DNA of 63,749 bases, the filler included, from Octopus bimaculoides (Eukaryota), in assembly GCF_001194135.2 (NCBI RefSeq). It is 7 parts of 6 records of this genome, joined end to end, with 100 filler letters (N's around TTAATTAATTAA, not from the genome) between each part and the next. Parts side by side here need not be neighbours in the genome. Positions count along the whole stretch, not along the records: positions 39,218 to 54,312 come from NC_068986.1; positions 54,413 to 57,720 come from NC_068995.1; positions 57,821 to 61,448 come from NC_068984.1; positions 61,549 to 63,749 come from NC_069008.1; 3 more parts are not named here. One strand, written 5' to 3'. Shown here one piece after another: positions 53,681 to 63,749 of the stretch; the first letter of the stretch is position 1, and each line of letters opens with the position of its first letter. The translations under genes and the position numbers were made by a program. The notes beneath the pieces are model-generated. The model was not told the origin of the DNA, ran no database searches, and was given only the letters and a program-made list of their open reading frames with translations.

Positions 53681-56600
53681 AACAGGTGTCATTAGAAGAG
53701 GAGAATATTCTAAAAGACTTAATTCTAATTGTAGTAAATCATAATTCTACGAAGAACTGATAGGGAACAGAAGTAAGTAACAAGTTGAAATAGTTGAATG
53801 TCTGCTATCGAAATAGAGAATAAAAGCTAAACTAATACAAACATCACCTGAAGCTGTTATATTTCTCAAATTGCTGATATTAAAATTTGATTAAATAAAA
53901 ATGAAATTAGAAAATTAAAAAAAAAACAAAAACAGGAAAAGAAAAATATGCAGTAAATTACAAAATAAATAGAAAAAATGGAGAAAAAGAACCTATTCGA
54001 GGAGTTAAACACAATTTTTTTTTGTGAGAAAAAAATAAATAAACCCACAAAAATTAAGGCAAAGAAGAAAAAGGAAATAGTAAATGGTTTGTATTTGAGG
54101 GAATATTCTTGTATTCTTTTACTGACTTCACTCGGACTGTGACCATGCTGGGGCACCACCTTCGAGGATTTAATTGGTCAATCATATCTAACCCAGTATT
54201 CGTCTGATACTTATTTCATTGACCTTGGAAGAACAAAAGGCAAAGTTCAATGGAACTTCAAATGTAAAGGGATGTAAAGAGAATACCAAAAGGTATTTTC
54301 CTCAAAAGCTTTNNNNNNNNNNNNNNNNNNNNNNNNNNNNNNNNNNNNNNNNNNNNTTAATTAATTAANNNNNNNNNNNNNNNNNNNNNNNNNNNNNNNN
54401 NNNNNNNNNNNNGTCTGGGAGGGAGGTGGAGTGGGGGGTTGAGGATGAGATTGAAAGTATAATTTTGTCTGTCTCTGCCCCCAACAGTATCATTCCGACG
54501 TCAGTGTTTTAGCTTGTAGAATGCGGAGTGCTGAAGTCTTATTTTTGTTGTTGTCAATAATAATAATAATAATGCGATTGTTTATATCATCAGCAGCATC
54601 GCCATCGTTATTACCATCACCATCATCACCACTTTCACTCTTGGCATCGCTGCTCTTCGATGTTGCACTTCTTACTCTCTGTCTTTCTCACTAGTGTGCA
54701 CCACTTCTTAATGGACTTCTTTTAACATACTTAGTATTGAGTTGACTAAGATGAGATGACAGCTCTTTCGAGCCGCCCTGCCCGCCTTCCGCCTACCTCT
54801 GACAACCCTCACCCTAACCCCGTCTGCGTCGCTCAAGCTACTTCCTTCTCATCTACCTAAGACCTTTCTTTACTTGCAGCCTTCAGCTCCCTTTTTATGT
54901 AAAAACGGTATTTCTTCCTATTCCTACCACTGCTTGGCAGATCTGATCTTTGACATACTCCATTCAGTGCTGTCTCTCCTTCGCCTTCAGTAACAACAGT
55001 CACCACCACCACCACCACCTCCTATCCCACGGTCTAAATAACATAAAGACACTCAGAATGGTTTGATGAATGTCTAATAAAGTACTCTTTTCTGCTGCTA
55101 CTGCTGTTGTTCTTGTAGCTGCTGCTGCAGCTGTTGTTGCTGTTGCTTGCACATTCAATGTATTGAGACTGTTACTATTTTACAACAACCTTGGTACCAA
55201 ACTACATTTTCCCTTCATCACATACACGCACGTGCGCGCTCACACACACATACACACACACATTAAGGATTAATGTGGGAACCGCTACCTTAAGCCTCGA
55301 CTAGTAAGAAATAGCAGCCAAATCTCTCTCTTAAAGCACATCCTGAAGTTCTTTTAGAATGTTGGAAGAACAAACATCATCGTAGAAACTGGAGTATCTA
55401 AGATGATGGCAATTTCTCCCATATGACCCGAAGGTCATATGGAAGAGCTGGCCACCCTCATAGAGACTATGTAAACCAATCCTTGATGCCGCAGGGTTTT
55501 TCTTCTTGCCTGCGCTTAATAGTTTTAAAGTGAGAGTCTGTCCACGCAATCTGATCTTATTCTCTTGACTTGAAGGTCTAACCACTGAGGCTAAGTGGGC
55601 AAAAACAGCTATGGTGACCAGTAGGTTTTGCATTGGAGTGGCTTTCTCCTAAGTGAAGATCTGGAGAGCTCTGGCTACCATAGAATCGCTGAAAAGGTGC
55701 CAAAGAGGGCAGCCAGCCACTTGAGGAACTCTACTCCTTGACTTGCTATCGACGTTGACTACTCTATGCACTCACAACGCAGTGAGAGGGCTGTGTTTGC
55801 AGCTTCTGGGTCAGAATAGACCTGGGAACAAAATTGGTTGAGAGGTGGTGACACTCTTCTCAGAACCCTGGTACACCCGAACCAAGGCCCCGCTACCGAA
55901 TACAGTCGAAACTCATATGTATGTATACAACATACTCTTTCTCACACACTACAATGCGTGCATACATACGTATGTATAAAAATACACGTATGCATCGTAT
56001 AACAATTGCAGAGTTCATTACAAAGGTCTGTAGATACTGTAAGTCAATAGATTCACCCATTCTGCAATCGTAGGGGATGCACAGTGTCCCCGTAGAGAAG
56101 GGTGAAAATATCAGAAAGCGTTCAGTCTGGGGGGAGCAGACCCTAATCGGATAATGTGTATCTCGTAGATCCAGAGGTATTAAAACCTTATACGCCGAGG
56201 TAGATGTCATTGATCCCGCACAACCACAGTCCGTTATTCGATGAGGAGGCTAGTGACATAAACACATTCAAGGGAAACACGCACACATACACATAGCTAG
56301 GTAGGAAGAGAGGGTGCTGCAGGTAAAGTTATACATAAAGGTTTGTATGGGTAGAGGGTATCAAGATATTGTATCAGGTGCACAATAACCATGCGATTCT
56401 CGTGGCCAACTCTCCGTGTTAGTAGTGGGGCTGGTACCTCCCAGTGGTTCAGGTATTTCCTCGTCCTGTAATATCGGAACCTCCTACTATTTTTCGAGAA
56501 TGCAGCAAATCCCTATTTCACTATTTGTATGTTTTATTGTGTTTGCTATTAGCTAAAAATAACCCCCAACCCTTACCTTGTGCATAACCAACACAGACGC

Positions 56601-56890
56601 TTATATTTCTGCTAAGGTATCCAGTGCCGCCTCGATACCTGTCAAATCAATTAATAACTTATCCTGTTATCGTTTAATTAGTGGACATATTCTGTTAGCG
56701 AGGTGGAATGCCTAAGACCCGGGCGGGAGCAAGAGTGCGTATGCATAGGTGTGTATGTGTGTGCACGCGTGTGTATGTACGTATGTATGTATGTATGTAT
56801 GTGTGTGTATGTATGTATATATGTATATATANNNNNNNNNNNNNNNNNNNNNNNNNNNNNNNNNNNNNNNNNNNNNNNNNNNNNNNNNNN

Positions 56891-56939
<49 letters not shown>

Positions 56940-57524
56940 ACACACTCACATATATCCGTGTGTTATTAGATCTCGTTCTTGAACAGCCATCGCCTTAATG
57001 TTCATTTACAGGTAATTAATATTCTGATGTAGCAATATACTTCCTACTCCCTCTGACACAGGCCCCGGATTAAAGTGCAAACAAACCTCCCCAGAACATG
57101 CCTGTATGTGTGTTCATATACAACAACCCCCTCCTGCATGCGTATTTAAACGGGAACGTGTTTGTTTGCATGTGTTGTTTGTTTTACTCAGTCTCACCAT
57201 GTTAATCAGCTGTATTTTAATTGGCATCATAAACCTACGGACTCCACTGTATTTAAACAGTGGATTTTATAAGACGGCTTCCTCTAATATTCTAACAGAG
57301 GATTAACTTAAAACTCATTAGGAGAGAAGGAGACTTGCAGCGTTTATCATCACAAATCGTTCTTAACCTTCTCTCTATAATAAATTGGAAGAAATGCTTA
57401 TAAAGACACGTGTTAATCTCTCCCTTTATGTCTCCCCCCCTCTCTCTCTCCCCTGTCGGCCATTCTCTCTCCATGTTATTGTAGTAACAACATTGATCCT
57501 CTTACCGTTCTGGACTGTAGAGCT

Positions 57525-57720
57525 CGTAGAATTGATGGATAAAATGTTGAGCGGCCTTTTTTTTTTTTACCTTCGGTTCTTTACCTGCTGAGTTCAAATT
57601 TCGCGGAGGTCGATTTTGCCTTTCATCTTTTCGCCGAGGTCGATAAAATAAGTGCCTGTTGAACGCTACAGTCGATGTTATCGAGTAAAACGCCTTCCTC
57701 AACGTTTCAGGCCTTGTACC
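57525..57720 (+). mobile_element. SINE-C
   Basis: 'gagttcaaatttcgcggaggtcgattttgcctttcatc'. Confidence 0.75.
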
Positions 57721-57827
57721 NNNNNNNNNNNNNNNNNNNNNNNNNNNNNNNNNNNNNNNNNNNNTTAATTAATTAANNNNNNNNNNNNNNNNNNNNNNNN
57801 NNNNNNNNNNNNNNNNNNNNAAATAGC

Positions 57828-60344
57828 ATGCTGACAAGAGAATTTATTCAAGGAAGAAAAGCTAGCAATTTTGCAGCAGCAGCCGGTGTCTCAAAAAAGA
57901 CAATAGATTGTGCAAGCGATGAGCTTGGAAAATATAAAGGTATGATGGAAAGGAAGGGGAGCGAAACAGTGATTACTCCTCCCAGTGAAACGACGCATAA
58001 TGCACTGAGGTGTACCGTGATATACAATTATTTGTGACCAAAGCAAAAAAAAAAAAATGGATAACGCAAGTAAAGAGGCAGTGGAGCCGTGCCTCTGTCC
58101 AGTTTGGAACGACCTGACATATGTCAGAAGAGGAATGAAGTAAGCCACTATAGATGTCCGTTTGAAACCCGAGGAAAAGGCAAAACAAGCATCAGCGGAG
58201 CGATTAAAAACTGCGGAGGTGGTTCTCCTACCTCCTTATCTTGGAAGGCGGACTTCCAAGATTAGGGTAGGCGATATCCCACCCGAGGTAGACCCCGCTT
58301 GGCTGGTGGCAGTCAGGATAAACGGCTTGGAGGATGAGATCACAATTCTCCAAGCCTCAGCACTGGGACAGCAGAGTTGGTATGGGCAAGGCCTCGAAAT
58401 GATTATACAGGCTGCCCCGGCCGATTTAGAAAATATTATAGAAACTATACAGGTAGGGAAGACAAAGGTGCGAGTAACAGAAGAGGAGAGGAAGCCTCAT
58501 TGCTACAAGTGCGGCCAAAAAAACCACATTAGGGCCGAGTGCCAACCTCCTCCCAAAAAGCAGCGATTCCCCCGCCTGTCGAAAACAAAAGGAAAAAACA
58601 GATGAAGAACCAAGTGAGGAAACATCTGAAAATGAAACAGAGGAAGAGGAAATGGAAGAAGCCAAAGGCGAAGGGTGGGAGATATACTCCAGAAAAGGAA
58701 GGAAACGACCCTCCCCATCCGATCCCACTAGTCTTACAACAAAACATAAAAAACAACCAACAGAAAACAACGACCAAAACCTCCCAGCCCCAAATGTTCC
58801 CTTCCCACCTAGACATGAATTACACTGCTGTAGTGATAACTAACAAGTCACTACTGCAGTAATTGGAAGACGTGCCCAATGCGGACAACATTACAAAAAA
58901 CTTTGAGGGGGAAAAACATCCCCCAAAATATAGCAATTTACAAAATAGACAGGACTAACTATAATAGGTTAGGAAACTGATTTAAAAATGACATAGGCTC
59001 TCTGAGGAAAGACTTTTTTCCACTAATGTTTGAGAGCCTAGTCAACGACACTTCGCAAGCCCCGGATGAAAAACCAAAGGAATGAGATGGTAGTGCTACC
59101 CCATCTCCAACCGTAAGTACAATGTTATGGATACATTTTATGCTGGATGTTTAAATGCACGCGGCCTGGGGGAAGAATGGAAACAAGGTCGTTTCCTGAA
59201 TTACCTCAGGCGCATAGGATGGATATAGTACTTGTCACAGAGTTCAGACTGAGTAATAGTCGACGGGGTTTTTTCCCCCTCCTAAATGGGTACGAGAAAA
59301 TTATTTCTCTATGCCTACCTGGAGGAAGGAGAGGCGTCGCTGTGCTGCTCAGAAAAATCCTGGATTTAGAGACAAGAACTATCTTCATCAACACGGAAGG
59401 TAGGTTGGTCGTCCTTGACGTGACACTAAGCAGTAGTAAGGTCTTCAGGCTGGTAGCTGTCTACGCTCCTTCGGGAACTGGACAGTCTGACTTTTTTCGA
59501 GACCTGGAGAAGTTTCTTGAGACGTTTCACACCATAGTAATGTTAGCTGACTTTAATGTAGTCTGCGGTCCACGCGTAGATTACATTGGTTTGTCTACTG
59601 ATAAGAGGGGGAAACCCGTGCTTCAATAATCTGCTCAGTCGATTTCAGCTGGCAGATAGGTTCAGACTAGATAATCCTGACGCTCCAATTTGGACATGGA
59701 CTAATAGCGATGGGTCAACCAAATCTTATCTAGATATGATTCTAATTAGGGAAATAGACAAAAACCTAGTTAGTCGTCCACAAATTCACTATGTCAGCTA
59801 TACAGACCACAAATCTGTGACCTATAGGCTGGACTTAGATAAGGTATGTAGACAGGGATCCGGCTACTGGAAGCTCAATAAGTCACTTTCGGCTAATGAG
59901 GAGTACATGAGTCGAATTAGACAGTTAGTGTGGTGCCATTATTAACAACAAATGGTGGTATGCCCTCAAAGGAGACATAAAATTTGAGTCTATTAGGTAT
60001 AGCAAAGAGTTAGTTGCTAAGAAAAGCACTGGAAAATGCCTGTCACCTGATGTATATGAAAAAAGATGGAAGGCTGTGTCGAGTTTGTTGCGAATGAATG
60101 AACCCACATAGTGTATCCATAAGGTTATATTAAAGGTTACAGTGGTGGCATGGGGCTTGCTGGGTCGAAGCAAAATCCATCCCTCACTTCATTGTTTGTG
60201 TATTTGTCTTGCTTATCATTTGTTTATCATTCGCTTATATAAATTTTTAACTTTTCACCTGTGTAAAAATCATACGTACCATCGACCTCTCCCTCATTTG
60301 TACCGTCCCTCTATGTTTGGGCCTCTGTGTGCAATAAAGAGAAT
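57828..60344 (+). mobile_element. L1/Tx1-clade non-LTR element: ORF1 (CCHC knuckle), APE endonuclease, RT deleted, 3' UTR with AATAAA
   Basis: ORF1 CYKCGQKNHIRAEC; ORF2 from 59127: GCLNARGL..., GVAVLL, VYAPS, DFN, TWTN...LDMIL, TDHK, GYWKLN; stop 60109-60111; AATAAA 60333-38; several frameshifts. Confidence 0.85.
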
Positions 60345-60363
60345 GTTGTTCCAATCATCTGGA

Positions 60364-61078
60364 ATGGAATTGTCAAAGCGCGATATTCGAGCAATTTTGC
60401 TATTCAACTTCAAAAAAGGACGCAAAGCAGCTGAAACCGCTTGCGACATCAACGAAACGTTTGGTGAGGAAATGACCAGTGAGTGGTCAGCTCGAAAATG
60501 ATTTAGATTTCGCAGTGGAGACCTGAGCCTTGAAGATCGTGAGCGTAATGAACGCCCATCTGTCATCAATGACGGTCAATTAAAGACCGTCATTGAGAAA
60601 GATCCACGTATAACCAATCGAGAACTGGGAAAAGAACTTCAAGTTAGCCAGAAAACTGCCTGCAACCACTTCCATGCGATCGAAAAATCAAAAATGTTCG
60701 ACAAACGGGTACCACAAGATTTGAATGAAAATCAAAAAATGGGCAAATATGAAATTTGCTCGTAGCTTTTTCACCGTAACCAGACCGATCCATTTTTCGA
60801 CCGTTTTGTAACTTTCGATGAAAAGTAGATTCTGTACAATAATAAAAAACGTTCTTCGCAGTGGCTGGACTAAAATGAAGCACCGAAAACCTTCCCTAAA
60901 CCCAAACTCTTCAAAAGGAAGGTTATGGTGACTTCTTGGTGGTGTACTGCTGAACTCATCCACTATAACTTCTTAAAACCCGGAAAAACCATTACTGCAG
61001 AAACATATTGTCATGAAATTGCCAGAATGAACGAAAAGCTACTACTCCTCCGTCCCATACTGATCAACAGAAGAGGGC
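60364..61078 (+). pseudogene. mariner transposase relic, N-terminal HTH to mid catalytic domain
   Basis: MELSKRDIRAILLFNFKKGRKAAET..., FRSGDLSLED, VPQDLNE (WVPHEL-like), VTFDEK*ILYNN, KVMVTSWW; stops present; cut at 61079. Confidence 0.9.
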
Positions 61079-61448
61079 TGTAGGAAATTGGTTATACGCC
61101 ATTAGGTGTACACCCAATTTCCTATATTAAATTAGAATGAACGGAACGCAGAACTCCAAACTATCAACTCAACAATATTTATTTAAGGTGGAAAATATAC
61201 GGCTTTACTCTTGGTTGTTGAGACGCCTTCTGTGTGTGAGAACATGGTTGTTGGGACGTTGGTATGTTGATGTGAGCTGTCTAGCGTGAGTTCGAAAGAT
61301 GGAGAGAGACAGCTATATATATGTAAGGGACGACCGACCGTGCGAACTCAAAAAGGAGATATGGTGACGAATGGAAAAACAGAGGACTCCTTTTATTTAA
61401 ACGTGTCACACGGTCGAACACAAAATAATATCGATGATGATATAGATG
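61079..61448 (-). mobile_element. Probable LTR (ends ...TTCCTACA on minus) inserted into the mariner
   Basis: Abrupt break of the transposase at 'ggg c|TGTAGG'; minus strand has TATATATA followed by AATAAATA, then terminal CA; other end lost in the gap. Confidence 0.45.
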
Positions 61449-61644
61449 NNNNNNNNNNNNNNNNNNNNNNNNNNNNNNNNNNNNNNNNNNNNTTAATTAA
61501 TTAANNNNNNNNNNNNNNNNNNNNNNNNNNNNNNNNNNNNNNNNNNNNACATTGTAAATTGCAATCTGAGTTTGGAAATGTGTACAAGCAAGACTTGAAC
61601 CAGAAAGCTCGACCTGACCAATATATTACTTGGGTCATTTTTAA

Positions 61645-61685
<41 letters not shown>

Positions 61686-61691
61686 TGCAAA

Positions 61692-62030
61692 GGCATATGG
61701 CTCAGTGGTTAGTGTGTCAGGATTACAACCATGAAGTAGTGAGTTTTCTTCCTGGACCAAGCTCTGTGTTGTGTTCTTGAGCAAGACTCTTTATTTCACG
61801 TTGCTCCAGTTCACTTCAGCTGTAGAAAGGAGTTGTGATGTCACTGGTGTCAAGGTGTATCGGCCCCTTTGCGTTTCCCTTGGATAACAGTGGTGTTGAG
61901 AGGGGGAGGCTGGTATGCATGAGTGATTGCTGGTCTTCCATAAACAACCTTGCCCAAAATTGTGCCTCGGAGGGGGAACTTTCTAGGTGCAACCCCAGGG
62001 TCATTCAAGATCGAAGGGGGTCTTTATCCT
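61692..62030 (+). mobile_element. tRNA-derived SINE family T
   Basis: A box TGGCTCAGTGG; homologous to 19871-20205. Confidence 0.8.
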
Positions 62031-62559
62031 GTAATAGTAGTAGTTTGTTTTAGCCCAGGGTCTGTCCTGATCAACCAGGTCTATGATATCAAACATGTTG
62101 CATTCCTGACCATCCCAAATGTTTGTTTCAGAACACCAAGAGTGCTCTTTGGCTCAAGGCCAGCCCTGAGCCAAAACACACACACAGCTGGTTAGCTATG
62201 CACAATCACACAGACACACACATACAAACATACATGCATACACACATGCACGCATATACACACAGGCATATACACACACACACGCATACACACACGCATG
62301 CATACACGTATGCACACACACGCATACACACACACACACACACTGTTCTTTAACACTTGGTGCCGTGTAGGGATCTTTCCCACGACTCTGTCCCACAGCA
62401 AATTTGGAATATAAACAAAACACACAAATTATTTACGTGCCATCAATAATGTTTATATTATCAGAACAGCTTTTAATTAAAAATTTCATTTTCTTTCACA
62501 TATATATGGGGGGTAAAAAACAAAAAAAAACTCTTAAGAAGCTGAAGAACGTGTGAAGA

Positions 62560-62780
62560 GAAGAAACCTTGCTCAGACAACTGTTTTGGTCCTTAGGGCG
62601 GAGACACAACGAGATCCTGACCCCTGGATGCCCTTCTGCTGACACTTTTTAGCCACTTGGATATCGGAGACTTGTGGTGTATTTAAACTACTTAGTGACT
62701 TCATTTAGTTGGAATTCCTTTGTTGACTCAGCTCTCAGACTTGTACTTCAAGATGAAACCAGAGTCAACAGAGGAGTCGC
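62560..62780 (+). pseudogene. Degenerate CR1-like LINE 3' fragment
   Basis: SWNSFVDSALRLVLQDETRVNR resembles 'LWNsLp.svf...ydlq.FKsRVNr'. Confidence 0.4.
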
Positions 62781-63572
62781 AATTAAATTCAAAATTCTAT
62801 TTCGTTACATACATATCTTGCATTTGATAGAAAACAACTTTGCTTTTATTTTTCTGTTTTTTTTTTTTTTTTTTTTTTGCACAAAAGGTCTCAAAATATC
62901 AACCTGGGTCCAATATGTGAAGTTTATGTCTCCATAACTTAGAAGAGACCGATAAAATAAGTACTAGGCTTACAAAGAATAAGTCCTGAGGTCGATTTGT
63001 TCGACTAAAGGCGGTGCTCCAGCAGGGCCACAGTCAAATGACTTTAATAAAAAAATGTGATATCAGGGGGTATGAAACACAGCTGACAGCAACAGGCCTG
63101 GAAAGTGTAAGGTAAAATTCCACATTGAGTAGATCAGATCAGCACCTGTGTTGCACCAATAGAAAACACAAAGCAGACCCAGTTTGGCATAATAAGCACC
63201 AGGTGTAACAATAACTAAGAATAAGGTGTGCAGTGTGAACGACAGGGTTTCTGGCTACTACAGTGAAAACAGAATGAAAGGAATCCAGAAATAGGGTCTT
63301 CTTAAGAAGGCATTCGGTGAGAGCTCTCTGTGTAGTCAGTCTTAACAACAGCTTGTGGCCCAGGTGGGTGGGTGGTTAACAGGTTCTATTTTCTACAGGT
63401 CCTTCTCAGCAGATTTTCAGAGACAAGTGCAAGGTTCTGCTTGTGAACAAGATAAACTTAGACAGTATTATTTTCAGTTATATACTCAGGTAATAATCTC
63501 AACTGGATTGATGCTAAACTAAATTACCACACACGTGTGCTTGTGTGTGTGTAAAATGTATATGTATACAGG

Positions 63573-63735
63573 CAAAGGAATGGCTGTGTGGTAAGAAGCT
63601 GGCTTCCAAACCACATGGTTCCAAGTTCAGTCCCACTGCATGGCACCTTGGGCAAGAGTCTTCTACCATAGCCTAGGCCAACCAATGCCTTATGATTGGA
63701 TTTGGTAGACGGAAACTGAAAGAAGCCCGTCATGT
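63573..63735 (+). mobile_element. SINE-A head and core
   Basis: 'tggctgtgtggtaagaag...aagttcagtcccactgcatggcaccttgggcaag...ggaaactgaaagaagcccgtc'. Confidence 0.9.
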
Positions 63736-63749
63736 ATATATATATATAT

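Overview
AT-rich eukaryotic (animal) draft-assembly DNA with many N gaps and dense microsatellites (TA, CA, GA, CTAT, CAT, TTA). The SINE repertoire and repeat style look like an octopus/cephalopod genome; this is recognition, not a database result. I found no intact protein-coding gene, and nearly all entries in the supplied ORF track are microsatellite or N-gap artefacts. The window is a layered transposon graveyard. It holds at least five tRNA-derived or LINE-tailed SINE families, piggyBac-type and hAT-type MITEs with visible TIRs and target-site duplications (TSDs), and two mariner transposase relics. It also holds fragments of CR1, RTE, R4/Dong and Penelope-like retroelements, an L1/Tx1-clade element whose reverse transcriptase has been deleted in frame, and a probable LTR. 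The most interesting signals are: (1) a 611-bp TSD-flanked insertion carrying an unrecognised charged ORF and a 3' tail like that of the Tx1 element, suggesting a non-autonomous ORF1-only partner; (2) a minimal dimer-type hammerhead-ribozyme-like motif; (3) a ~105-bp-arm inverted repeat whose junction contains a hammerhead-like core; (4) modular SINEs that share a head but swap tails; (5) SINE targeting of (ATT)n tracts. Two isolated candidate exons have low support. Family letters (A, B, C, D, E, F, H, T) are my own working labels. Repeat boundaries are approximate unless a TIR or TSD is quoted.
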